Source: Octopus vulgaris
Lineage: Eukaryota
Assembly (NCBI GenBank): GCA_951406725.2
Contig: OX597821.1
Span: forward strand, 116,250,001-116,314,000
Direction of reading: 5' to 3'
DNA: 64,000 nt
Every line of letters begins with the position of its first letter. Within the stretch, counting starts at the first letter, position 1. The notes beneath the pieces were generated by a model. The model was not told the origin of the DNA. It worked only from the letters and a program-made list of their open reading frames with translations, and did not search any database. Shown one piece after another: positions 37,096 through 49,387 of this stretch. The position numbers and the translations under genes were made by a program.

Positions 37096-37564
37096 CACAC
37101 AAACAAATATACACACATACTAAGGGTTAGGTGGGGAAGGGGCAGTGTCAGTGGCCTTCACAAGCTGAGACTGGAGAGATCAATATTGTTGATCTTACTT
37201 CTCAGCTTGAACACCTGCAAGTTGATGTAAATAGGTGGGGGGGGGGGGCATTAACAAGTAGGACATTCCAGAATGGCTGCCCTGGGCAGATAGTATTAGG
37301 TACATTGTTTAAAACAGAGCCTGGAAGATAAGACATAATAACATGAGAGACGTGTGGAAGAAGTATATCTACACAAGAAGATATAGATGTCGTATTTGAT
37401 GGCATAAAAGATACAGCCCAATTTTGTTGGCACATATTCAGGAAAAAGTGTCAGAAACACAGTCAGCTTATGGAAGGACCAACTTCACAGGCTGATTTTT
37501 TTGAGATTCTTTCCTTTTTGAAAAGAAGTGCATCCTGAATATCATTAATATAAAGTATGTATAT

Positions 37565-37627
<63 letters not shown>

Positions 37628-37630
37628 GTG

Positions 37631-37671
<41 letters not shown>

Positions 37672-37673
<2 letters not shown>

Positions 37674-38278
37674 CATCATCATCATCATTTAACATCTGCT
37701 TTCCATGCTGGCATGGACTGTTTGACTGAGGAGTGCCAAACCAGGAGGCTGCACCAGGCCCCAATCTGATTTGGCAACATTTCTACAGCTGGATGCCCTT
37801 CCTAATGCCAACCACTCTGAGAATGTAATGGGTGCTTTTTATGTGCCACCAGCATACACACACACACACACACACACACAAGCACATGCACACATATATC
37901 ATCATCATCATCATTTAGCATCAGTTTTCCATACTCGCATGGGTTAGACCAGTGGTTCTCAAAGTGGGCGGTATTACCTTGCTTGGGACAGTAGGAAGAA
38001 AAGTGGGGTGATAATGAGGGAGCGATTCATGTAAAAACAACAAAATAAAGGGTTTATTAGGTTAAGTTTTATTTGTAAAATACAGTTGCTTTGGATTTGC
38101 TTCAGAAAGAGGTGTATGTTTGTGATGGTTAGTTGGGGTGGGGAAACAAGGAATGTGGCCTGGGTGTTAAGGAGGCAGCAGCCCAAAAATGTTTGGGAAC
38201 CACTGGGTTAGACCATTTGACTGGAATTGGTAAGCTGGTGAGCTGCACCAAGCTCCAGTCTGATTTGGCTTGGTTTCT
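37672..38278 (-). mobile_element. Two RTE family A 3' tails (37672-37853; 37899-38278, the latter split by a hAT MITE)
   Basis: Terminal stem and (CAT)n on the plus strand. Confidence 0.75.
37950..38205. mobile_element. hAT-type MITE
   Basis: CAGTGGTTCTCAAA ... TTTGGGAACCACTG; 8-bp TSD GGTTAGAC. Confidence 0.9.
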
Positions 38279-38849
38279 GATATTTACTGTATTTTTAAAG
38301 TCATTTTCACTTTTAAATACTTTTTAAATATGCCAAAACAAATTATTGTAATGGTATTCACTTGAAAATATTTTTAAAAAAACATTAAAATATTGTCTGT
38401 TTAAAGAAAGCTAAAATATAAATATTTACTGTACAAACAACTTACATTTTTGAATTCACATTCACTTAAAAATATTTCTAGATGGTTAAAATATTGTGTT
38501 TAACAAAAATCAAAAATAGAAACATTTACTGTAAAAAAACAAATTGTATTTTATCGTTGTCAAGTCACTGTGTCTAATCAAAAGGTAAGTGTTTCTTCTC
38601 TTTCAGGATTAAGATTATTTTCAGAATATTTTCCCATTATGCACCATTTTGGGCATTTATACCCTGAAAGTCTCTAATAACTTAAAAACCACTTGTCTGA
38701 TTTACACAAAACTTTTTTTATTCCATTCATATTAACATTTCAGGGTAAACTTAATTCATAGTATTTTCTCATTATGTGCCAGTCTGGCTGGGTAAAATTG
38801 CAAGCAAGCAAGATTCAAACTGACTTTTAATGTATTATAGATACATATA

Positions 38850-39176
38850 TGGTAAGAAGCTTGCTTCCCAACCACATGGTTCTAGGTTCAGTCCCACTGC
38901 GTGGCATCTTGAGCAAGTATCTTCTACTATAGCCTTGGGCTGACCAAATCCTTGTCAGTGGATTTGCTAGATGGAAACTGAAAGAAGCCCATTGTATATA
39001 TGTGTGTGAGTGTGTATTTGTGTGTGTGTCTGTGTTTGTATCCCGGCAAAAGAGACTGATAGAATAAGTACTAGGCTTACAAAGAATAAGTCCTGGGGTC
39101 GATTTGTTCAACTAAAGGTGGTGCTCCAGCATGGCCACAGTCAAATAAATGACTGAAACAAGTAAAAGAATAAAAG
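38850..39176 (+). mobile_element. SINE family 2 copy with internal deletion
   Basis: Colinear with 11402-11815. Confidence 0.85.
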
Positions 39177-39254
39177 TATATATCATCATCTTCATCACTG
39201 TTTTACGTCCATCTTCCATGCATGCATGGGTAGAACATATAATATATAATATAG

Positions 39255-39289
<35 letters not shown>

Positions 39290-39407
39290 CAAAAAAGAAA
39301 ATGGAGAAACAAATTTAGTTTGTTCATCAACTTTCGGATATTATAATGTTGGATTATTTATTCATTTAACAAAATGAGAACCTCAATAGCATACATATAT
39401 ATATATA

Positions 39408-39800
39408 TATCATCATCATCATTGTCATTATCATTTAATGTCCGCTTTCCATGCTAGCATAGGTTGGACGATTTGACTGAGGTCTGGCAAAATAGACTCC
39501 AATCTGATCTGGCAGAGTTTCTACAGCTGGATGCCCTTCCTAATGCCAACCACTCCGAGAGTGTATTGGGTGCTTTTACGTGCCACTGGCACGAGGGCCA
39601 GTTTGGTGGTACTGGCAATGGCCACGCCCAAATGGTGCTTTTTATGTGCCACCAGCACAAGTTCTGGTAAGGCGACGCGGTAACGATCAAGCTCGAATAG
39701 TGTGTTTAACGTGCCATCGGCACGAAGGCCAGCTTGTTGCTCTGGCAACGATCTCACTCGTATGGTACTCTTAGCGTTCCACTAGCAACGGATGCCAGTC
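39408..39800 (-). mobile_element. RTE family A 3' UTR fragment
   Basis: Terminal stem and tandem units. Confidence 0.8.
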
Positions 39801-39811
39801 ACCGGAGTTTG

Positions 39812-39852
<41 letters not shown>

Positions 39853-40478
39853 CACATATATAAATATATGATGAGCTTCTTTCAGTTTCTGTCTACGAAA
39901 TCCCGAAATCCAGCCACAAGGCTTTGGTTGGCCTGAGGCTTTGATTGAAGATACCTGCCCATGAAGAGGGACTGAACCCAGAACTGTGTGCTTTGGAAGC
40001 AAGCCTCTTCCTACACAGACACGCCTGTGCCTGGGAGTCTACAGTTTTATTTTGCTGTCCAGTGCCTTCCCAATACACATTCCCTCAAAACACATGTATA
40101 CAATATTTTGCACCAAGTCAATGTTTGAGTTTATCATTTACTTGTTTCAGTCATAGGACTATGGCCATCCTGGAGCACCGCCTTCAAGGGTGCAGTTGAA
40201 TAAATGAACCCTGGTGCTATTTGAATCTGATATTTATTCTGTCAGTCATTTTTGCTGAATTGCTAACTTACAGTGATGTAAACAAACCAACACCAGTTGT
40301 CAAGCTGTAGTAGGGACAAACACCAAGACCCTCCCCACTCCACACACACTCACATATGTATACCACGAGCTTCCACGCAGCATCCGTCCACCAAATTCTC
40401 TAACAAGGTATTGGTTAGGATCATTTCCTTTTGAGCAGCAGTTTTCAACACAATTTCTAGTTAACTGAACACTTTTAA

Positions 40479-40697
40479 CCCTTTACTATTTAAGCCGGCC
40501 ATATCCGGCCAAAATAGTTAATCTGTTTTATGTTCAAACTGACCAGATCCAGGCTCTCACACCTACCCTACAATGTTATTCTACATTAAGTAATTACACC
40601 ATCAACATCTTGAAGATATGAGATAATGCATGATTAATTCGAATCAATGGGAATCAATAGGCATTATGTTTGATTGAATAATCTGAACACTAAAGGG
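40479..40697. mobile_element. piggyBac-type MITE (family P2) inside foldback A
   Basis: TTAA|CCCTTTA ... TAAAGGG|TTAA; absent from the opposite arm. Confidence 0.9.
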
Positions 40698-40879
40698 TTA
40701 AACTTCGTATACTGGTAGAATGTGTCAAAATAAAACATTTTTTTTCTCTTGGCTTTCTTGAAAAAATTGTAATTTGTAAGTTTAACGTAGTTTAATTTTT
40801 TGAATCTTAACCAATCGATGGCCTCTATTGAGCTAAAATCATTTGCTGTGTCTAAAACTGAGACAACATCCTGTCACTG

Positions 40880-40956
40880 ACCCTAACCCTAACCCTACAC
40901 TAACCCTAACCCTAACCCTACACTAACCCTAACCCTAACCCTAACCCTAACCCTAA
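40880..40956. repeat. Interstitial telomeric (CCCTAA)n array within foldback A
   Basis: About 12 CCCTAA units with two CACTAA-type variants. Confidence 0.95.
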
Positions 40957-41559
40957 ATTTTAGCCTTTCGTTTTTTTTTTCTTAATTGTTAAATTAATTT
41001 AATTGTTACGCGTGTGTCTAAAATTATTCGTTTTGTTTTTGTTTTGAGTTTTTGTTTCGAGATACACGTGTATTGTTTAAACTATTTTCCATTGCTTAAG
41101 AAAAAAAAAACGAAAGGCTAAAACGAAAGCAATGGAAAATAATTTAAACAATTAACATATAAAATAATTCTATAATTTTATACACACGCTTTCCGAACGT
41201 AAACATAACAGTGACAGGATGTTGTCTCAGTTTCAGACACAGCAGATGATTTTAGCTCAGAAGAGGCCATCGATTGGTTAAAATTCGAAAAATTAAACTA
41301 TGTTAAACTTACAAATTACAATTTTCTCAAGAAAGCCAAGAGAAAAAAATGTTTTATTTTGACACATTCTACCAGTATACGAAGTTTAAAAGTGTTTAGT
41401 TAACTAGAAATTGTGTTGAAAACTGCCGTTCAAAGGGAAAAGATCCATTGGTTAACCCTGGGCTATTGTAGAAGACACTTATTATCTTGGGCAAATGTTT
41501 CTGGTATAGCCCTGGTTCGACCAATGCTTTGTGAGTGCATTGGGTAAACGGAAAAAATA

Positions 41560-42075
41560 TTGGTTTCAAATTTTGTCACAAGGCCAGCAGTTTTGGGGAA
41601 GGGGTAAGTCGGTTACATCAGTTCCAATGCTCAAGTCGTACTTATTTTATCGACCCAGGAAGAATGAAAGGCGCAGTTAACCTTGGCGGAATTTGAACTC
41701 GGAACGTAAAGACAGACGAAATGCCGCTAAGCATTTTGTCCAGTGTATTAACGGTTCTGCTAATACAACGATTTGAGTACAAGGAGTTGAGTACAAGTGA
41801 ACATAACTCCTTCTTATATACTTGTAATTATTAAAACACTTGAGAAGATAATCCTTAAAAACCAGCGAAGGTACCTATTTCTTTACTACCCACAAGGGGC
41901 TAAACACAGAGAGGACAAACGGATTAAGTGCGTAACTGGTACTTAATTTATCGACCCCGAAAAGATGAAAGGCAAAGTACACCTCGGCGGAATTTGAACT
42001 CAGAACGTAGCGGCAGACGAAATACCACTAAGCATTTCGCCCGGCGTGCTAACGTCTCTGCCAGCTCGCCGCCTT
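41560..42075 (-). mobile_element. Two SINE family 1 copies (41560-41762, 41877-42075)
   Basis: Reverse-complement core and head motifs; CpGs retained. Confidence 0.85.
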
Positions 42076-42202
42076 TAACTAGCGAAGATACCCCTACGTA
42101 ATACCTCAACATGCTACAAAAGGCAGCCAGTTTTCCTGTTGCCCAAAGCACAGCCTCTCGTCTTAAATATGAAAAGTGTAGTCATAGTTATACAAAAAGA
42201 TA

Positions 42203-42589
42203 GGAGGCGCACTGGCCCAGTGGTTAGGGCAGCGGACTCGCGGTCGTAGGATCGCGGTTTCGATTCCCAGACCGGGCGTTGTGAGTGTTTATTGAGCGAA
42301 AACACCTAAAAGCACCACGAGGCTCCGGCAGGGATGGTGGTGATCCCTACTGTACTATTTCACCACAACTTTCTCTCACTCTTACTTCCTGTTTCTGTTG
42401 TACCTGTATTTCAAGGGGCCGGCCTTGTCACTCTCTGTGTCACGCTGAATATCCCCGAGAACTACGTTAAGGGTACACGTGTCTGTGGAGTGCTCAGCCA
42501 CTTACACGTTAATTTCACGAGCAGGTTGTTCCGTTGATCGGATCAACCGGAACCCTCGTCGTCGTAACCGACGGAGTGCTTCCATTCCA
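42203..42589 (+). mobile_element. tRNA-derived SINE family 3, tail type b, full length
   Basis: A box TGGCCCAGTGG, B box GGTTTCGATTCC, (TTCCA)2 tail; ATACAAAAA repeated in both flanks. Confidence 0.92.
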
Positions 42590-43119
42590 TACAAAAAATG
42601 GGATTGTCGCGGTTAGAATGCATTTGATCATAGGATATTCCTCGATAATCTCTAAATGAGAGCTGTACAAGTTAGCTTTTACGAAGACAAGTGTAAATGA
42701 GTTATGTAAAAAACTTTAAGCTGTCAGTCGATAACAAAAGACTAAAAATTCGTTGAGCGACCGACTGTTATCTATTTCAGGTGATATAAATAAACATTGC
42801 ACAAGACACAAAAAAAAAAAAAATACTATGCTTGTACATTTTAACAATCTATTCGCATATCCGGAATAGTAGTCAATTGTTCAATCGTCGTAAATATACC
42901 CCGAATTCAAAAAGCGCAAATACACACACACGTATGTTTTCAATACATTTTCGTTGCACACATACATGTAAACGAGAGTATGTCACATAGTTGAGTGTAT
43001 AAATTTAGCTGTGAATTTATTTTCTTTAGAGTAAATGTTTAAAATTAAGCAAACATAGATACACACCCATAGGTTGGGTATTGCAAAAAAAATTGATTTC
43101 ATCATTCTGGGTCAGTAAA

Positions 43120-44300
43120 ATAGTTGTAGCAGGAAGTAGTCAAAATCGATCAGGTGACTAAGTTAAGGTAATGCGTGTGTGTGTGCAGTTAACTGTTTAG
43201 TTACAGTTACGTTAGCAGAATAGTCAAATCGCTGGACAAAATGCTTACGGAAGAACTATGCCCGTTCTGCGTTCAGATCCTGTCGGTGTCAACTTTGCCT
43301 CTTATTTTTCCGCAGGATCCATAAAGTGCTTGTCGCGACTGGAATTGCGATAGAAAATAAAATAATACAGGATACGAATCAATGAAGGAGTCATTGTGTC
43401 CAGACCAGCTAGAACTGGAAGCTAAATCTTCCTCAAATTGCTCCAGGTGGCTAATGTAGACCTAGACATGTCTCTAAAAGAATGGAGTAGTCATGGCTGG
43501 ACAGTCACATCAAAACTCGGAATTTGAGTTCAGAACAGAAAGGGTTGTAACGTAACAAAAAATATCGCGATATTTTTTGCGACCCTAATTACTCTGACAA
43601 TAACTAATACGAGGTCGACTTTGCCTTTCATCCTTTCAGGGTCGATTAAATAAGTACCAGTTACGCACTGGACTCGATGTAGTCGCCTTAATCCATTTGT
43701 CCTTGTTTGTCCCCTCTATGTTTAGTCCCCTGTGAGCAATAAAGAAATTAATATTTAACCAATGCTTAACTTTTGTGCTTCAGGAAATACAAACCCTTTT
43801 CTTTTTTTTTTTAATTTCTTCTGAGTTTGGTAGAATAAAGTACAATTAATTGCATTTCCCCCTGTAAAATGTGAGAAGTTAGTGGTTCAGAGGAAGAAGG
43901 GAAGTCGTGTAGCTAGAGTGAGTGCCGTCCCCGGTGTAGCAATTGAGTTTGCTTCCTGATCCCTGAGGTGGCTTGTATTAGCCCATACAGGTTTATACAG
44001 CAGACCCAAATATGCCCCCTCCATAAAAGCACCGCTCGGGGCAGACTACATGCCCATCTTCAGATATGCTCCAGAATAAAGGTTTCTTAGAATTAGAGCT
44101 GGCAATCTTTCGAATATTTAACGTGCAAAATGCAACTAACTGCTCTGAATGCAAGTGAAAGGTGAAGAAGCAGTTGTTTATAGTCGACAATAAAGATAAT
44201 AGGTGACTCATGTTCACATCACTTCACAACTGCTTTGTTTGGAGAAGCACTTTATTTCAGAGTCGAACATTACCGAATTTATAGTGACCAGGTAATTTTG
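43120..44300 (+). promoter_or_regulatory. Second candidate promoter / 5' non-coding exons
   Basis: ETS-like CAGGAAGT at ~43130; donor-like CAG|GTGACT and AAG|GTAATG at ~43154-43172 and CAG|GTAATT at ~44292; CpG-retaining surroundings. Confidence 0.3.
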
Positions 44301-44686
44301 ATGCAGTTTTAGGTCACATCAAATATTCATATTTATCCATGCATGCATACATGTTTCTCAATGAAGATGACATCAACTGGTTCAATGCAATATTAAAAAG
44401 AAAATGCAACAAAAACATTTATTGTCTTGTGTAATTGATTTCCGAAGAGCTGTCTCACTTGAGCAAGTCGAGACTAAGTTTAATAATAATGGCGCCAAAT
44501 GTGTTTCTTGATTAGAACCTTGAATTACAACTGTTTTCTCTTTATTGTGTGGGGGAGTTCTATCTCTCTTTTTCTTTTTTTTTTTTTTCGTGAATGTCAG
44601 CTATTTTTTGATAAGCAACAAAAATTGTAGCATAAAGAATTATTCAGTATTTTTTTGTATATTCCCACTTTAAATTTTCGAAAATT

Positions 44687-45527
44687 GGATCTTTTCCTTT
44701 TGAACGGCACTTTGTAACATAATTTCTAGGTAACTAAAAAGTTTTAAACTTCATATACTGGTAGAATGTGTTTATAAAACATATTTTTCTCTTGGCTTTA
44801 TTGAGAAAATTCTATAGGTTGTAAGATATTTCATCTTTAATTTCGAGCATTTTGGCAATTTTAACCAATTGCTGACGTCCATTTAGGTAAATAACATTCT
44901 GTGCATAATGAATATGTCCCTCCTTTAAGAAACAGATTGGGTTTATTTACATTTGTGAAGAAAAATTATACCTTTCCCCACCCTAACCCTAACCTTAACT
45001 AACCCTAACTCTAACCCTAAATCTAAAACAGATTGAAATGCAATAGATCAATACTACGGCCATAATTATGGGTGACATTTTCATTTGAAACCGCTAGAAA
45101 AAAATCCCATTTTCCGTAGCGGTGTCGTATGAAATTGTCACCCATAATTATAACCCTAGTATCGATCTATTGCATTTCAATCTGTTTTAGATTTAGGGTT
45201 AGAGTTAGGGTGAGTTAGGGTTAGGGTTAGGGGTGGGGAAGGGTATCATTTTTCTTCACAAATGTAAATAAACCCAATCTGTTTCTTAAAGGAGGGACAT
45301 ATTCATTATTCACAGAATGTTATTTACCTATATGGACGTCAGCAATTGGTTAAAATTGCCGAAATGCTTGAAATTAAAGATGAAATATGTTACGACATAT
45401 AGAATTTTCTCAATAAAGCCAAGAAAAAATGATGTTTTATAAACACATTCTACCAGTATGCGAAGTTTAAAACGTTTTAGTTACCTAGAAATTATGTTAC
45501 AAAGTGCAGTTGAAAAGGAAAAGGTCC
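44687..45527. mobile_element. GGATC-ended foldback element B: near-complete 840-bp palindrome with telomere-like repeats in both arms, 8-bp TSD
   Basis: Arms ~44687-45097 and ~45115-45527; CCCTAA-type run at ~44981-45026, TTAGGG-type run at ~45186-45231; TSD CGAAAATT. Confidence 0.93.
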
Positions 45528-45774
45528 CGAAAATTTTCTAAAATCGATGACCATGTTTCTCAGAAACAAATTTGACCCATTGAAAGTTTCAACAATTTTT
45601 TAGATTTTAAAATAGTATCACATATTCTTTTATCTCATGTTGTCAAGCAGCCTTGTTCTAGTATTGTGTATTTGAGATTATGTTTTTCAATGTTACATAT
45701 TCTTTTTAAGGCAGTAAGTGCGGCTAATGAACTCAATGTACAGATGGCTTTATACGTACATGGACGTATCATAA

Positions 45775-45806
<32 letters not shown>

Positions 45807-46136
45807 GTCTATCTGTCTATCTATATTGACAATGATATTTTTATATAAGCTTAAAGCTTATGGCGATCACTGTGCAATGACTAAGGAAAATAGTCTAATA
45901 AAGGGGCATATAAGGGATCTTTTCATTTTGACCGGCAGATTTTTTTAATAATTTCTTTGTAACTAAACACTTTTAAACTTCATATACTGACACCACATTG
46001 ACAAACAACCGCAGAAATTGTATTCACCTCAATAGACGTCATTGATTGGTTGAAATTGCCGAAATGCAAGAAATTTAACAAGAAATAGCTTACGAACTAC
46101 AGAATTTTCTCAAGAAAGCCAAGAGAAAAAGATGTT

Positions 46137-47141
46137 GGATCTTTTCCTTTTGAACGGCGGTTTTCAACACAATTTCTTGTTAACTAAACACTTTAAAACT
46201 TCATATACTGGTAGAATGTGTCAAAATAAAACATTTTTTTCTCTTGGCTTTCTTGAGAAAATTGTAATTTGTTTGTTTAATGTAGTTTAATTTTTCGAAT
46301 TTTAACCAATGAATCGCCTCTAATTGAGCTAAAATCATTTGCTGCGTCTAAAACTGAGACAACATCCTGTCACTAACCCTAACCCTAAATTTTAGCCTTT
46401 CGTTTTTCTTTTCTTAATTGTTAAATTAATCTAATTGTTACGCATGTGTCTAAAATAATTCGTTTTGTTTTTGTTTTGAGTTTTTGCTTTCGTTTTAGCC
46501 TTTCGTTATGTATACGTACGGAAAGCGTGTGTATAAAATTATAGAATTATTTTGTTTGTTAATTGTTTAACCCTTTAGTGTTCACATTATTCTGCCAAAA
46601 TTAATCCTTTTTTATCCACATTGTTTTGAACTAATCATGCATTATCTTGTAGCTATGAGATTTTGATGAGGTAGCTGTTAATTTTTAAAACGATATTGAA
46701 GGGTTGGTGTGAGAGACCAGATCTGGCCATTTTGAATACTTTTGGCCGGATAGGGCCAGTTTAATTGCGAAAGGGTTAACTTATTTTCCATTGCTTTTGT
46801 TTTAGCCTTTTGTTTTTTTTTTTCTTAATTGTTATCCTTAGATTAATTTAACAATTAAGAAAAAAAAACAAAAGGCTAAAATTTAGGGTTAGGGTGAGGG
46901 TTAGTGACAGGATGTTGCCTCAGTTTTAGAAGCAGCAGATTATTTTAGCTCAATTAGAGGCAATTGATTGGTTAAAATTCGAAAAATTAAACTACGTTAA
47001 ACAAATGAATTACAATTTTATCAAGAAAGCCAAGAGAAAAAAAATGTTTCATTTTGACACATTCTACCAGTCTACGAAGTTTTAAAGTGTTTAGTTAACT
47101 AGAAATTGTGTTGACATGTGCCGTTCAAAAGGAAAAGATCC
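46137..47141. mobile_element. GGATC-ended foldback element C, 8-bp TSD, nested in D
   Basis: GGATCTTTTCCTTTTGAACGGC ... GCCGTTCAAAAGGAAAAGATCC; TSD AAGATGTT; short CCCTAA/TTAGGG runs at ~46375 and ~46882. Confidence 0.93.
46571..46775. mobile_element. piggyBac-type MITE (family P2) inside foldback C
   Basis: TTAA|CCCTTT ... AAAGGG|TTAA; opposite orientation to the copy at 40479. Confidence 0.9.
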
Positions 47142-48517
47142 AAGATGTTTTATGTAACACATTCTACCAGTAAACGAAGTTTAAAAGTGTTTAGTCCATC
47201 AGTTTCATTTCAAATCTATAATAAACAATGGAGAAATGATATAAAATAAGTGATAATTTCATTTATTCCTTATTGTTGGAATTTACCTGCTCAGTGACCA
47301 CTATGTTGTCTGAAGATCCAGATCCACCAACGAGCTGGTTTCATACTCTAAAAAACTTTGTTGAAAGCTGTTTCCCTTGTTAGCAACCTTTTATATTTAA
47401 CACGAGAATATTTTAACAAAGCTGTCCTCTTAGATGTGATTAGATGTGATGTGCTATCGAATTTGTTTATATATTATCACAGTACATACTTAGCAAGTAT
47501 GATATTGTGATTGAGAAACAGCAGATGGTAGATAGTGGATTCTTTGTCCTGGATTTGCTGTTGTCTCAGCCTTACATTTTCTCTCTGATTCAGTTTTATT
47601 GCACTCCACTCACCTAACTATCGACTATTTCACCACCCACTTCTCTCCAGCTTGAGTATTAGATTTAATTTCCAACTTTTATCCGGGTATTTTCTGACTA
47701 ATTACAGCTATCCTTTTCCCCCAAACTATTCAAAATATTTAAAACAGGTGTTTTTATCAACAATTTCTTTTTGTTATACAAGACTCACGCCATGTTTACA
47801 CGTAGAAATATTTTGAACACGTTATATCTTGTATGCAAGCAAAACAAATGATACCTGTGCGAACTAATTTTATCTTAAATAATGCATTTTTCGTTCTCAT
47901 AAATGAAAGGAGCACGTACTTAATTACATGAATAATCTACATTAAAATACAAATCCCAAACCGGAGAAAACACAAACATGAGCAATAAAATAAAAAATAA
48001 AAAGAAAAAAGAATCAATTCATAGTGCATTAGTTGGTCGCACACCAGAAGGTTCAACAGACTCTAAAGAAGCAAGGCAACACGTTCGCAGCATTACCACG
48101 GTCGATGGAGAGCCTAAGATGTTGGAACAGCCAACCACCCTCAGGAGCATCACCTGACACCTTGGAGAGGTGAACCTCCAACGAGGACAAGTATTTCCCT
48201 GTTAGCAGCCCAGCCCCTCAAATATCTCAAATGCCACCGGCTGGAAGAAATGGTTCACTGACAAGTCCTGATACTTAAGGATTAGGACTTTGGGGGAATA
48301 GCTATTATGAAAATTCCCACTTTAAAGTTCACGTCTTCAATATGGATTACTAAAGAATCTCTACCTAATTATGTGATCTTTTAAAAATAGCAATCAAGTC
48401 TCCATTTAATCAAACTCTACTATCTTAAAAAGCGGCAACAAAGAACACATTGAACAAAAAAAAAAACCCCAAACAATTTGAATCATAGTTCTGCTCAATC
48501 TGCTGGAGGGTTTAAAT

Positions 48518-48713
48518 CAGTGGTTCTCAACCATTTTAATATGTGGGCCAGATCCCAAACCTGGAGGTTTTTAGGGGTCCACATCAAGATAATAAAACAC
48601 AAGTCAAATAAAGAACAATTTACTATATTTATAGAGGGTAGACCATTGGGGGCTGCCAGAAGAATGTTTGAGGGTTGCATGCACCCCTGAGAGTTATGGT
48701 TGAGAACCCCTTG
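48518..48713. mobile_element. hAT-type MITE, older
   Basis: CAGTGGTTCTCAACCAT ... ATGGTTGAGAACCCCTTG; TSD not conserved. Confidence 0.7.
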
Positions 48714-49387
48714 CTTAGAGACATGGACCACCACTAGTTATCCTTGAACTCTAGCTTACAGTGTTTGATAATTTTTTTTCTAAAGCAGTATTATGAACAT
48801 CATTTGAGATATTCACAATTCAGATGTAATACCTTAAGGTACCTTTGTTGTTTCATTGAGTTTAATTTTGCCGAGAGGGGCTCGGTTTTCATTGCTTCAG
48901 TTTCTTGTATTTTATTGTCCTAAAAGAGCCATAGAGATTTAGTAGACACATTTCTGTTGTAACTATACTTTATATAATAACAACTGTTGTTTTTATAAAT
49001 ATCCTGGAATTGATTCTAGTTGTTATATATAACACTTCATTTAAGTTAATCACCATAGATGTAATTACATTCTAGCAGAGATTTGTGGTTCAATATTTAT
49101 GTCCTTGTCACAGTTTTCCTTATGTATTTGTATAAATACATTTTTTTTTTTGTGAGTAGCATTTGAACATTTAAAAATGTTGAATTTATTCCACTTTATA
49201 TCATTTACTTTCTAAATCATTCAATATGCATTCTAAATTATTTGACACAAGCTAGAGTCATTCTGTTTATTTTTTTGTATTTGAAAGTTCACTCTGCTGT
49301 CTTTTTTGTCTCCTTATGCTCAACTAGTGCTTCTATGTTCATAAACTGTGATGATCAAATTAGTTTTCTCCTTTTCCTCATTAGTAA

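Larger units (their letters stand above)
40418..41446. mobile_element. GGATC-ended foldback DNA element A, 8-bp TSD, inserted in a SINE 2 copy
   Basis: GGATCATTTCCTTTTGA ... TCAAAGGGAAAAGATCC; long inverted arms; TSD ATTGGTTA (40410-40417, 41447-41454). Confidence 0.92.
45915..47195. mobile_element. GGATC-ended foldback element D (deleted, right end lost), host of element C
   Basis: Starts GGATCTTTTCATTTTGACCGGC; its arm resumes after C (AAGATGTT TTATGTAACACATTCTACCAGT). Confidence 0.8.

Noticed and set aside
38482-38590. Exon ending at a strong donor AAG|GTAAGT (38585)
   Set aside because: Lies in an AT-rich diverged tandem duplication; the ATG frame closes before the donor and there is no supporting context.
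40880-40956. Chromosome end or fusion scar
   Set aside because: The telomeric run is internal to a TSD-flanked transposon.
42203-42278. tRNA gene (also 16695-16770, 19251-19320, 30383-30458, 58551-58625)
   Set aside because: No proper acceptor stem, and each continues into a SINE body; these are tRNA-derived SINE heads.
44442-44500. CCGAAGA followed by a GTCTC/GAGAC hairpin, resembling the 32734 hammerhead
   Set aside because: No GAAA or helix I/III downstream; at best a degenerate relic.
48257-48292. CTGACAA plus GTCCTGAT/ATTAGGAC stem, half of a hammerhead
   Set aside because: Core altered and GAAA missing.
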